From Gammaproteobacteria bacterium (GTDB lineage Bacteria > Pseudomonadota > Gammaproteobacteria > CBDDKY01): a stretch of 64,000 nucleotides of DNA. Location: NCBI GenBank assembly GCA_965230455.1, contig CBDDKY010000003.1, positions 196,039 to 260,038 of the forward strand, in the 5' to 3' direction. Shown one piece after another: positions 49,936 to 59,605 of the stretch. Below the pieces are notes generated by a model. That model did no database searches. It was not told where the DNA came from and was given only the letters and a program-made list of their open reading frames with translations. Position 1 is the stretch's first letter; every line of letters begins with the position of its first letter. Position numbers and translations under genes: made by a program.

Positions 49936-50196
49936 ATGAATAAAAATAAAATTTTAGCCTCAGCGCTTAGTGGTGTACTGGCACTGGGGCTAAGCACTGT
50001 TGCCCAGCAGGCTATCGCTGCAAAATCTGGTTTTGAGAAGTGTTATGGTGTCACCAAAGCGCGTATGAATGACTGCGGCACCAGCAAACATGCCTGCGCC
50101 GGACAAGCTAAAAGTGATAACGACCCGGAAGAATGGGTTTATCTGCCCAAGGGCACTTGTAAAAAAATTGCCGGTGGAAAAACCACGCGAAGCTAG
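49936..50196 (+). CDS. DUF2282 / BufA1 bufferin-type precursor peptide
   Basis: Signal peptide plus EKCYGV..NDC..HACAG..WVYLPKGTCKKI.GG (4 Cys). Confidence 0.92.
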   Translation: MNKNKILASALSGVLALGLSTVAQQAIAAKSGFEKCYGVTKARMNDCGTSKHACAGQAKSDNDPEEWVYLPKGTCKKIAGGKTTRS

Positions 50197-50234
50197 CGCG
50201 TTTATTGTCGCTTTTTGCGTGAGAATTTCTAGTC

Positions 50235-50996
50235 ATGCCTTTGCAAGCACTACAACAGCAAATGCTCAATGCGATACTCGCTGCCGATGAGAATATCGCA
50301 TCTCTACCTGTCTGTCAGCAAAATCCATTATCGCCTCAAGAGCGCATTGGTATTTATCGCCATAATATTCGCGCGCAATTAATACAGACACTCAAACAGG
50401 TTTATCCCGTCTGCTTTCAATTAGTCGGAGAAGATTGCTTTAACGCCATGGCCGCCCATTTTGCCATGAAGATATCGCCCCCGCAGTCTTTTTCACTGAA
50501 TCACTATGGCCATAACTTTCCAGCTTTCATTGAACAATTTGAGCCGCTTGCCTCCGTGCCTTATTTAGCCGATGTGGCACGTTTGGAATGGGCCTACGAA
50601 AAAGCCCAGTATAGTCCTTATGCAGCTACTTTCCCTCATGAGAAACTTGCTGCTGTACCCACTGAACACTACCAGCAATTACGATTTTGTTTGCCACAGG
50701 GTTCTACTTTGTTGGCTTCACCTTTTCCGGTTTTTACCATTTGGCATCATCATCAACAAAAGGAGGACATCCCTGCTATCGATATCCAACAGGGCGGCGA
50801 AACGCTATTGATCTCACGAGAACAATGGGATGTTCGTCCGACGTTATTAAGCCAAACACAATGGCAGTGTTTAATGGCCATCAAACAAGGACAAACCTTA
50901 AGCGAACTCAGTGTATCGCAAGACACAACACTGCATAGCTTACTCACTCACCTCATTACGAAACAATGGGTCAATGACATCATCTTGGAGGACTAA
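50235..50996 (+). CDS. DUF2063 / BufC (HvfC-like) RiPP partner protein
   Basis: RIGIYRHN..L...YP..LVGEDCF, YG..FP.F, YLADVARLEWA. Confidence 0.9.
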   Translation: MPLQALQQQMLNAILAADENIASLPVCQQNPLSPQERIGIYRHNIRAQLIQTLKQVYPVCFQLVGEDCFNAMAAHFAMKISPPQSFSLNHYGHNFPAFIEQFEPLASVPYLADVARLEWAYEKAQYSPYAATFPHEKLAAVPTEHYQQLRFCLPQGSTLLASPFPVFTIWHHHQQKEDIPAIDIQQGGETLLISREQWDVRPTLLSQTQWQCLMAIKQGQTLSELSVSQDTTLHSLLTHLITKQWVNDIILED

Positions 50997-50999
50997 GTA

Positions 51000-51488
51000 A
51001 TGATTCTATGTAAAATAGCTTGCGCCATCGCAAAGCCCTTTAAGGTTGCGCTGGATTTTTTAGCGCCCTTAGCGGATTTGATATTGCGCATTTTTGTTGC
51101 AGAGATTTTTTTCATGTCAGGATTAGTAAAACTACAATCTTGGGAAACCACTGTCATGCTATTTGAGCATGAGTATCACGTGCCTTTTTTAGCAGCCGAT
51201 ATGGCGGCCTACGCCGGAACAGCTGTTGAAATCGTGATGCCGATTCTACTGGTATTGGGCTTATTTGGACGATTACCAGCATTTATTTTATTTATATTTA
51301 ATGCTGTGGCGGTTATTGCCTATCCCTTCTTACACACACCCGAAGGCGCAGTAGGGCTTTATAACCATCTGACCTGGGGAATGCTGCTCTTAGCGCTAAC
51401 CTTCCATGGACCTGGCAAATTAGCGCTGGATAATTGGATTAGGAGCAAGTGTTGCTGCCCGGTTAAAAAAGCAAAAGAGGAAGCTTAG
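51000..51488 (+). CDS. DoxX family membrane protein (BufD-like)
   Basis: LRIFVAEIFFMSGLVK, LFEHEYHVP, GPGKLALD. Confidence 0.9.
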   Translation: MILCKIACAIAKPFKVALDFLAPLADLILRIFVAEIFFMSGLVKLQSWETTVMLFEHEYHVPFLAADMAAYAGTAVEIVMPILLVLGLFGRLPAFILFIFNAVAVIAYPFLHTPEGAVGLYNHLTWGMLLLALTFHGPGKLALDNWIRSKCCCPVKKAKEEA

Positions 51489-52453
51489 GAGACTGCCGTA
51501 AACAACATCACAAAATACGCTGTAAAAGCTAACAACAACAAAACGCCACTAAAACGGCCTATACAGCGTGTTTTGCCTTTCTTGGCAAACGACATAACAA
51601 ACAACATCACCGCTAAAATCACCATAGCAGGGTAATCACGTTCCATCAGCAGAGGACTTAGGGTGGCTGGATGAATAGCACCTGGTAAGCCTAACACCGC
51701 CAACAAGTTAAACATGTTAGAACCCAATACATTGCCCAAGGCTAAATCAGACTCATTCCGCAATGCGCCCATCAAGGATGCCGCCAGCTCTGGCAAGCTA
51801 GTTCCCACAGCCACCACGGTCAGACCAATAATCAAATTATTGACCCCCAAGGCTTTGGCGATAAACACGGCACCTTGCACCAAGACTTCACCGCTACCGA
51901 TTAATAGCACCAAGCCCAATACCACCCAAAAAACAGCCCTTGCCGTAGGCATCCCTGTTGGAATTTCTTCTGCAAATTCTTTGGAGAGCGGTTCATCTTC
52001 TTTAGAGGAAAGCCCTAATTTTACAAACCAGCCAAACAATAAAAAGAAACCCACCAATAAGATGATGCCATCCATGCGACTAAAGTAACCATTCCCTAAC
52101 AACACGCCAACCAGAGCCATTATAATAAATAACATGGGAAATTCACGCCGCAAAATACCCGAGTTTACTTGCAGCGGTTTAATCAACACCGTCAACCCAA
52201 TAACCAGTCCCACATTGATAATATTAGAGCCAATGGCATTACCCACCCCCAGTGCTGTGCTGCCATGTAAGCCCGCCACCCCCGATACAAACATTTCTGG
52301 TGCCGAGGTACCAAAGCCTACAATAATTAAACCCACCAGCAAAGGCGAGACCCCTAAATTACGTGCTAGCGCCGATGCACCAGCCACAAAACGGTCAGCC
52401 CCCCAAATTAAAAAAATGAACCCGATAATAACAAAGAGGATGGCTTGTAGCAT
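51485..52453 (-). CDS. yrbG: Ca2+/Na+ antiporter (YrbG family)
   Basis: GFGTSAPE, GNAIGSNIIN, VGTSLPELA, GNVLGSNMFN. Confidence 0.92.
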   Translation of the reverse strand: MLQAILFVIIGFIFLIWGADRFVAGASALARNLGVSPLLVGLIIVGFGTSAPEMFVSGVAGLHGSTALGVGNAIGSNIINVGLVIGLTVLIKPLQVNSGILRREFPMLFIIMALVGVLLGNGYFSRMDGIILLVGFFLLFGWFVKLGLSSKEDEPLSKEFAEEIPTGMPTARAVFWVVLGLVLLIGSGEVLVQGAVFIAKALGVNNLIIGLTVVAVGTSLPELAASLMGALRNESDLALGNVLGSNMFNLLAVLGLPGAIHPATLSPLLMERDYPAMVILAVMLFVMSFAKKGKTRCIGRFSGVLLLLAFTAYFVMLFTAVS

Positions 52454-52600
52454 GCTGATGAGTTCCTTAAGCTATATACTATACTGCGAACTGAAGGGTT
52501 TTAAGTGTACTTTTAGTTGTTACTTAGAAGGCTAATGGCCCGAATCTGCAGGTACATATTAAAAAAGCCATCCCCCGGAAGCTTACAAATGCTCACACTA

Positions 52601-53354
52601 TCGTCATCGCGAGCGGCAGCGACGCGACCCTGGTTTAACCTAAAATCCTCAGTTGAAATCTACTGCGGCCGCCTAACTCACCGAATCTAAAGGATTTTTC
52701 TCGATATTTTTTATTCACCGTATGGGTGATACGCTTTCACAAAAAATATCGAGAAAAATCCTTTATCTTCAGCAACTAAGTCGGCCTCGCGACGATTTCA
52801 ACTGAGGATTTTAGGTTTAACCACAAAGCGGCGCACATTGAACACATAACACCCTGCTTTGTTCAAGAGAAGGTGTTAGACACTTAATGCGCACGGCTTC
52901 GTAGTTAAAACTTTCCTACCGTTCAACGTAGATTGCTTCGCTGCCGCTCGCAACGACGAGTAAGAGAGCATGTAAGCCATTGAAAGGAAATGACTCTTCT
53001 ATGGTGTACCCGTTAGTTTATTACTCAATACGGTTTGCTTTCACAAGGAATGATGAACGCACAAGCACATCCGAAAAAATTCACTCTCTCTCAGTAGCTT
53101 ACAACCCCTCTTATTCGTCGTTGCGAGCGGCAGCGAAGCAATCCAAATTAAATCCTAGGAAAGTTTAAACCACGAAGCTATAGACTCTGCACACATAACA
53201 CCTTGCCTTGTTCAAGAAAGGACATACCTGTTTCTAGTTCACTGAAAAAATAGAACAAGTCAGCCTACCGCCCTGGATTGCTTCGCTGCCGCTCGCAACG
53301 ACGAGTAAGAGAGCATGTAAGCCATTGAAAGGAAATGACTCTTCTATGGTGTAC
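52601..53354. repeat. REP/BIME-like array of alternating inverted palindromes
   Basis: TCGTCGTTGCGAGCGGCAGCGAAGCAATC forward at 52601 (degenerate) and 53115, reverse at 52931 and 53276; 79-bp direct repeat 52931-53009 = 53276-53354. Confidence 0.85.
52639..52815. mobile_element. MITE family A (CG variant) inserted in the REP array
   Basis: 177 bp, TTTAA target duplication. Confidence 0.92.
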
Positions 53355-53415
53355 TCGTGAACTCATTACTCAGAAGACTCGACTTCACAGTAAGACATGA
53401 CATTAATCCCGGCTA

Positions 53416-53743
53416 GGGTCTGTTGACAATTCATTTTCACGCTACAATTTGAATAAAACGGGTGCAAGTTTGCGTATATTTTCGTTATATAGTTCACTAT
53501 ACTGCCTCAAATAAACACAAATTTGCCCTCCGTTCCTTCAACCTAAAATCCGCAGTCAAATCACGATTTTAGCAGTAACGTTTTGATTCATCTAGAAAAA
53601 AGAAAAAGCACTCCATCACCAATGAGGTGTATTCCGACTTTTTCTTTTTCCTATCTAAACCAACCCGTTACGCTAAAAAGTCGCGATTGACTGAGGATTT
53701 TAGGTTCAAATTTCGCTTGCAAAAATGAAATGTCAACAGACCC
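53416..53743. mobile_element. MITE family C (reverse orientation) carrying a short family-B-like MITE at 53542-53704
   Basis: Same ends and body as the 45051 copy; inner element has CCTAAAATCCGCAG..CTGAGGATTTTAGG ends and TTCAA duplication. Confidence 0.88.
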
Positions 53744-53782
53744 CAATATAAAGTCTGATTTTATATTAGTCGGGATTGCACA

Positions 53783-54145
53783 CTAAATCAACCCCTGTTC
53801 CAGAGTAAGTGAAATACACTGCGCATTGGCGATGGCCTCTGGCTTATGCAAGGTCAACGTAAAACACTGCAAGGCAAATTTATTGGCCAATAGCTCCACT
53901 AAAGCCTCTCCTAAGCTTTCTAATAATTGAAATTGGCTCGCTTCAACAAACGTGGTCAAACTTTCACACAGCCTTTGATAGTCCAGAGTATCAGACAAAC
54001 TATCTTGTCTAGCGGCTTGTGCTGTATTGACAGGAAAACGTAAATCCAGTAATAAGGGTTGTGGTGTAACACGCTCATGAGCATGGCAACCAATAACGGC
54101 GTTAACGGCTAATCTTGATATTGTAAAGTGGCTTTGTTTTTTCAT
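53783..54145 (-). CDS. folB: Dihydroneopterin aldolase
   Basis: IGCHAHER..QPL.LDL, DTLDY, FQLLESL, LHKPEA. Confidence 0.92.
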   Translation of the reverse strand: MKKQSHFTISRLAVNAVIGCHAHERVTPQPLLLDLRFPVNTAQAARQDSLSDTLDYQRLCESLTTFVEASQFQLLESLGEALVELLANKFALQCFTLTLHKPEAIANAQCISLTLEQGLI

Positions 54146-54199
54146 ATTATTGGTTCAATAAGGGCTTAAGGAGCAGGGTTAAAGTATCGCTTCAAAAGC

Positions 54200-54454
54200 T
54201 GTGGATAATTCTGTTAATACATTGCCGGAAAGTCTGTGCATAACACTGTGCGCAGTTCAGAAAACAAGGGGCTAAGACCTAGACTTAAAGTAATTTATGA
54301 ACTGTCTCGCATAATGCAAATCAGATAAAAACATATAAAAATCATATAGTTACAAAAGCATCCTCGAGCAAAACCTGAGAAAGGCATGCTAACCCCACAT
54401 TTTATAAAACGTGTGAATAAATCAAGAAGAAACGCAAATTTACTATGTGGATAA
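54200..54454. promoter_or_regulatory. Cluster of co-oriented DnaA boxes with an IHF-like site
   Basis: TGTGGATAA at 54200 and 54446, TGTGCATAA at 54235, TGTGAATAA at 54412; AATCATATAGTTA at 54340. Confidence 0.6.
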
Positions 54455-54466
54455 CCTAAAACAGCG

Positions 54467-55438
54467 CTAATAAGCCATCTCTCGCAAGTGACGGTTCACC
54501 GCAAAAAAAGCACCGACCCAGCCTAAACACGCACTAATCAATAACAACATCAAAAAGTCGCTCCCTTGTAAACCTTGTAAGGAAAAATGCCCTTGATATA
54601 AAGCAGCTACTTTTTCTACGCCATTGTCTAATAACAGCATCATCAGCCCAACCAAAACCCAGGCAAAAAAACCTCCCAACAGACCATAAAACATACCTAT
54701 GTAAAGAAACGGTCGACGCACATAAGCATGGGTAGCTCCCAAAAGCGTGATAATTTCAATTTCATCGCGGCGATTTTGCACCGCCAAACGAATAGTATTA
54801 CCAATGATAAACAGGACAGCTAAGGCGAGAAACACGCCCAACACCAGCACAGCACTTTTTACCAAATTCATGATGGCATACAATCTTTTCACCCACATCA
54901 TATCCAATTGAGCAAACTGTACATCTGGAAATTGTTTTAGCTGTGATAACAAGGTATTCAAACGTGTCGGACTGTTCAAATTATTGGCAGGTATCACTTC
55001 AATCACTCCCGGCAGCGGGTTGTCTTTAATTTGTTCCAACAAGTCCCCCAAACCTGATTGTTCTTTGAACTCTTTTAAGCCTTGAGCCGGCGAAATGTAA
55101 CGAACACGCTTAATATCGGCACGTTTTTCTAAGCGCTTTAACAAATCTTGCACTTGGACGCTAGACGTTTCCATTTGCAGAAATAATGCAATGCGAGTGT
55201 CTTGATTAACGCCTGCGGTTAGCAGTTTCACATTGCCCAAAAAGGCATAAAGAGCACTGGGCAAAGCGAGCGCAAAACCTAATACAATGAGAATTAACAC
55301 GTTAGAACCTGGATTTGCTATCATGCGCTTAATACTAATACGACAACAACGCACATGCTCGCCTATCACCTTTTTAAAGGGCTTTCTTTTACTTAGTTTT
55401 TTGCCTTCTGTGCGACCCAAAGCACGCTTCATATTCAT
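54467..55438 (-). CDS. ftsX: Cell division permease FtsX
   Basis: NPLP, IGNTIRL...RRDEIEI..LLGAT..YVRRPFLY. Confidence 0.95.
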   Translation of the reverse strand: MNMKRALGRTEGKKLSKRKPFKKVIGEHVRCCRISIKRMIANPGSNVLILIVLGFALALPSALYAFLGNVKLLTAGVNQDTRIALFLQMETSSVQVQDLLKRLEKRADIKRVRYISPAQGLKEFKEQSGLGDLLEQIKDNPLPGVIEVIPANNLNSPTRLNTLLSQLKQFPDVQFAQLDMMWVKRLYAIMNLVKSAVLVLGVFLALAVLFIIGNTIRLAVQNRRDEIEIITLLGATHAYVRRPFLYIGMFYGLLGGFFAWVLVGLMMLLLDNGVEKVAALYQGHFSLQGLQGSDFLMLLLISACLGWVGAFFAVNRHLREMAY

Positions 55439-55439
55439 A

Positions 55440-56102
55440 TCAATCCCCAGAGTGTATCAACTTCCCATCTTTAAGCGTCACAATACGATGGCGTAATTGC
55501 GCAATCAAAGATAAATCGTGGCTAGCAATCAACACACTCACGCCTACACGGTTAAATTGTTCAAATAAATGCATAATTTCCTCAGACAACTTAGGATCTA
55601 AATTCCCCGTGGGTTCATCGGCCAACAATAAATCCGGCTTATTGACCACAGCGCGCGCAATACCCACTCGCTGCTGTTGACCTCCGGACAATTGCCTAGG
55701 ATAACAACGCTCCTTGTTCAAAAGACCTACTTTATCCAATGCCGCGCGGGCACGGCGAAACATATCCTGCTGGCTATAACCACAGATAGCTAAAGGCATG
55801 GCCACGTTTTCTAAAATGGTTTGGTTCAACAAAAGACAAGGGGTTTGAAAAATAATACCAATTTTGCGTCGCAAAAAAGGCACATGTTTTGGCTTAATCT
55901 CATCCACATCGTAGCCATCCACAATAAGACGACCGCTGGTCGCTCGCTCAATGATAGCGCACAGTTTTAATAAGGTGCTTTTACCCGCACCGGAATGCCC
56001 CGTTAAAAAAGCCATCTCGCCCCTATCTAAGGAAAAATTAATGCGTTGCAAAGCGTGGCCTGTGTCGAGGTAACTTTTATTAACATGTTCAAAACGAATC
56101 AC
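55440..56102 (-). CDS. ftsE: Cell division ATP-binding protein FtsE
   Basis: LTGHSGAGKSTLLK, LSGGQQQRVGIARA, DEPTGNLDP. Confidence 0.95.
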   Translation of the reverse strand: MIRFEHVNKSYLDTGHALQRINFSLDRGEMAFLTGHSGAGKSTLLKLCAIIERATSGRLIVDGYDVDEIKPKHVPFLRRKIGIIFQTPCLLLNQTILENVAMPLAICGYSQQDMFRRARAALDKVGLLNKERCYPRQLSGGQQQRVGIARAVVNKPDLLLADEPTGNLDPKLSEEIMHLFEQFNRVGVSVLIASHDLSLIAQLRHRIVTLKDGKLIHSGD

Positions 56103-56114
56103 AATAACACACCT

Positions 56115-56756
56115 TTAAATGTAATAAGTTAAGCTTGTCATGACGTTAGACATGCCCCGCATGAGTTTTTTTATCGCAGGAGGGAAATCCAAAGCGCCAG
56201 CTTCTTCAGCCTGATGCGCATGTTCGGCTTCATCTTGCTTCATTTGTTCTAAAATAGCACGCGTACGCACATCTGCTTCTGGAAGTTTATTCAAGTGTCC
56301 CTCTAAGTGAGACATCACTTGGCGCTCAGTTTCCGCCAAAAACCCTAAGTTATGTTTGTCACCCACCAAGCCTGCTGTTACGCCTAAGGCGAAAGAACCG
56401 GCATACCATAAAGGGTTTAAATAACTTTTACGACTACCCAATTGCGTTAAGCGCGCTTCGCACCATTGCAAGTGGTCATTTTCCTCTTGAGCAGCTTGCT
56501 GAAAAGATTCTGCCAAACGTTTATTACGCGCAGTTAACGCTTGCCCCTGATAAAGCGCTTGCGCACATACTTCACCGGTATGATTCACACGCATGAGGCC
56601 GGCGATATCCCGTTTTTGTTCATCATTTAAAATAGCATCCTCTAAACCCTCAGCCGGGTTAGGGCGCCCTGTCCCTTGCGGATGACCAAAAACCGTCCGT
56701 ACGGCTTGATCTATGCCAACAATCGTTTTATCAAAAAAAGATAAAGCACGTGTCAT
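56115..56756 (-). CDS. coq7: Demethoxyubiquinone hydroxylase Coq7
   Basis: LMRVNHTGEVCAQALY, EENDHL, ETERQV..HL, DEAEH. Confidence 0.95.
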   Translation of the reverse strand: MTRALSFFDKTIVGIDQAVRTVFGHPQGTGRPNPAEGLEDAILNDEQKRDIAGLMRVNHTGEVCAQALYQGQALTARNKRLAESFQQAAQEENDHLQWCEARLTQLGSRKSYLNPLWYAGSFALGVTAGLVGDKHNLGFLAETERQVMSHLEGHLNKLPEADVRTRAILEQMKQDEAEHAHQAEEAGALDFPPAIKKLMRGMSNVMTSLTYYI

Positions 56757-56983
56757 TATGAAGCCTCTTTATCAGTAAAAATAAACTGTCGAGAATCTAT
56801 AGCACGATTCAACACCACTAATAGTTTTCTGCCGGTATCCACAAACAAAAAAGGGAAAATAGCATGAACAATCAAGGCGAACCCTGCTAATAACATTAAT
56901 GAACCAAAACGCAATGCAAACCAAGCGTGCGTCCAATAATTTTCTCCCACGGTGTGAAGGTGTTTTGTAAATAAGTTTGGCAA
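56756..56983 (-). CDS. Small membrane protein (DUF6356-like)
   Basis: FTKHL..VGENY..H..FA, HAIFPFLF. Confidence 0.8.
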   Translation of the reverse strand: MPNLFTKHLHTVGENYWTHAWFALRFGSLMLLAGFALIVHAIFPFLFVDTGRKLLVVLNRAIDSRQFIFTDKEAS

Positions 56984-56987
56984 TGTC

Positions 56988-58235
56988 TTATGTCCTACGA
57001 ATGAAAAATAGCATGGTTAATGCACTTAAGATGAAACTTAGTAAGGCAACAGCAAAAGGTGAAAAATGTGTAAGTTCACCGGTTAATCCTACTAAAATAC
57101 CATCGAAAAACCACGCCACAGAAATCACTGACGAACAAATTCCCATCACCCAGCCTTGCCGACTAGCATCCACCATATTAGAAAAAACGGTGAGTCCGCA
57201 AGTATAAACCAATGCTGCACTCATGGTAATTAAAACTGTCGACAGCCAAAGGGAAAGTTCTGTAGGAAATAAGGTAGGAAAAAGCATACCAATGCTCGCG
57301 CCCACCAAGGCACACAGTGTTACTTTTTTCAGCTCATAATTTACAATGACCCGCACGATAAGCGTTAATGCTAGCGTGAATAAAATACCCAGGAACGTCA
57401 TAAAAACCCCCACCTGCCAGGAAGTATAATGAAAACGCTCCACAAAAAATAAAGAAATAAACTGAAAATACGTGCCCCATGCTAATTGCATAAAAAGCAT
57501 GACCAACGCAAAAACACGTAAGTTCTTATGCCTGAAGGCATCAATAAATAAGGACAGCCCTTTCAGCAAATGGAAGTTTGGCTTTTCTGTTATAACCACC
57601 GTTTCTTTAAAGGTAAAACACAAAGCCACAGCATTAAGCACGGCTAAAATTCCTGCAAATACAAAAGGGGTGACCGACGTAAACCAGGCAAAATGTTCAG
57701 CATGAGACAAAAGTCCACCAAGGATAGGCCCAACCACAAAACCTAAACAATTAGCAAGCGTAATCAAACCCAAATGGCGCGCTTTATTTTCCGGTGTACT
57801 CACGTCAATAATAGCCGCCTGAGCAATGGGCTGACTGCCGGCCATTAATCCACATAAGCAACGTCCAGCAATCAGTAAAAATAAGCTATGAACATAAACC
57901 CCCAACGCACTCATAAAATACCCAAGCGCAACGCCCCCCAAGCCCAACAGCAAAACTCGGCGACGCCCCACTTTATCGGACAAATCGCCTAATACCGCCG
58001 CACCAAATAACATAAAAAGAAAAAAGCAGCCAAGGCTCATGCCATACCAAAAAGTACGCAACAACAACGGCGTATCTGGCGAAAGAATAGCATGAGGGCC
58101 TTTCCCCATAAAAATAGTACTCAGAATAGGTAAAACAATACCTATTCCCATGGTGTCAATCACCAAGACTAAAAATAAAGGCACAAAAGCATAAGCAAAA
58201 GAATGTTGCTTTTCTGTCAAGGGTACATCAGACAT
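56988..58235 (-). CDS. MFS transporter (TetA/DHA1-like)
   Basis: LGDLSDKVGRR, GRCLCG..AG...AQAAIID, GPILGG. Confidence 0.9.
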   Translation of the reverse strand: MSDVPLTEKQHSFAYAFVPLFLVLVIDTMGIGIVLPILSTIFMGKGPHAILSPDTPLLLRTFWYGMSLGCFFLFMLFGAAVLGDLSDKVGRRRVLLLGLGGVALGYFMSALGVYVHSLFLLIAGRCLCGLMAGSQPIAQAAIIDVSTPENKARHLGLITLANCLGFVVGPILGGLLSHAEHFAWFTSVTPFVFAGILAVLNAVALCFTFKETVVITEKPNFHLLKGLSLFIDAFRHKNLRVFALVMLFMQLAWGTYFQFISLFFVERFHYTSWQVGVFMTFLGILFTLALTLIVRVIVNYELKKVTLCALVGASIGMLFPTLFPTELSLWLSTVLITMSAALVYTCGLTVFSNMVDASRQGWVMGICSSVISVAWFFDGILVGLTGELTHFSPFAVALLSFILSALTMLFFIRRT

Positions 58236-59601
58236 AAGTTAATTTTACCTGGAATAATTGTTCTACATCGGCAATCCGTTTTTTCTCCACCACAAATAAA
58301 ATTACATGATCCCCGGATTCTATCAATGTATCATCCTTGGCAATAATGGTTTGATGCCCGCGCACCACAGCGGCAATGGTCGTGCCCGGCGGCAATTTAA
58401 TCTCACGCAAGCGCCGTCCCACCACACGCGAGGTTTCTCTATCGCCGTGCGCCACCGCTTCAATAGCTTCAGCAGCCCCGCGTCGTAAGGAATGCACCTT
58501 CACAATATCACCACGACGTACATAAGTAAGAATGCTACCAATGGTTACCTGCTGGGGCGACACCACAATATCAATATCACTGTCTTCAATTAAATCTACG
58601 TAAGCCGGTCGCGTTATTAGCGCAATGACCTGCCTTGCGCCTAACCGTTTGGCCTGCAAACAAGACAAAATATTGGCTTCATCATCATTGGTTAATGCAC
58701 AAAACACATCAACATTTTCTACATTTTCATCCACCAGTAACTCTTTATCGGTACCACTGCCTAAAAGAATGGTGGCATGACTTAAAGTTTGCGCCAAAAA
58801 TTGCGTGCGCTTTTTATTGCGGTCAATGACTTTCACTAAATAACGATCTTCTAAGGCCGACGCCAAACAATGGCCGATGTTACCACCACCTGCAATCATC
58901 ACTCGCTTAAACGGACTTTCAAGACGTCTCAATGACCCCATCACCGCACGGATATGATTACTGGCTGCAATGAAAAAAACTTCATCGCCAATTTCAATGA
59001 CGGTATCTTTACTTAAGGGTATGGATTCATCGCCCCGATAAATGGCTGCAACGCGGGTTTCCACCTCGGGCAGATGATCATGCAACGCTTCTATACTTTT
59101 CCCAACCAGTGCACCACCATAATAGGGCTTAATAGACACTAATTGCATTTTACCGTCAGCGAAATCCACGACCTGTAAAGAACCTTGGTATTCAATCAAG
59201 CGTTCGATATTGGTTGTGACTAATTGCTCGGGGCTAATACACACATCAATGGGAATGGCATCATTATGAAATAGTTCTCGCCGGGTTAAATACTGCTGTG
59301 CACGAATACGGGCTATTTTAGTGGGTGTTTGAAACAGTGTATAAGCCACTTGGCAAGCTGTAATATTGGTTTCATCATCGTTAGTCACCGCAATCAACAT
59401 GTCAGCATCTTCAGCATCGGCCTGCTCTAAAATATTCGGATGAGAACCTCGCCCGACCAAGGTCCGAATATCCAGGCGGTTTTGCAGCTCCTGCAATATG
59501 TCAGCGTTGGTATCAATAAGCGTGACATCATTATTTTCTGCCACTAAGTTTTCCGCCAGCGTCCCACCTACTTGGCCCGCGCCTAAAATAATAATATTCA
59601 T
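58228..59601 (-). CDS. trkA: Trk potassium uptake NAD-binding subunit
   Basis: IIILGAGQVG, AVTNDDETN, SPEQLV, GGGNIG, GAAEAIEAVAHG. Confidence 0.97.
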   Translation of the reverse strand: MNIIILGAGQVGGTLAENLVAENNDVTLIDTNADILQELQNRLDIRTLVGRGSHPNILEQADAEDADMLIAVTNDDETNITACQVAYTLFQTPTKIARIRAQQYLTRRELFHNDAIPIDVCISPEQLVTTNIERLIEYQGSLQVVDFADGKMQLVSIKPYYGGALVGKSIEALHDHLPEVETRVAAIYRGDESIPLSKDTVIEIGDEVFFIAASNHIRAVMGSLRRLESPFKRVMIAGGGNIGHCLASALEDRYLVKVIDRNKKRTQFLAQTLSHATILLGSGTDKELLVDENVENVDVFCALTNDDEANILSCLQAKRLGARQVIALITRPAYVDLIEDSDIDIVVSPQQVTIGSILTYVRRGDIVKVHSLRRGAAEAIEAVAHGDRETSRVVGRRLREIKLPPGTTIAAVVRGHQTIIAKDDTLIESGDHVILFVVEKKRIADVEQLFQVKLTYV

Positions 59602-59605
59602 TGTG

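Noticed and set aside
52601-53354. Possible CRISPR array
   Set aside because: Repeats alternate in orientation, spacers are long, unequal and mutually similar, and no cas genes are present
54200-54454. Firm call as oriC
   Set aside because: No adjacent dnaA, gidA or clear AT-rich 13-mer unwinding element; kept only as a DnaA-box cluster
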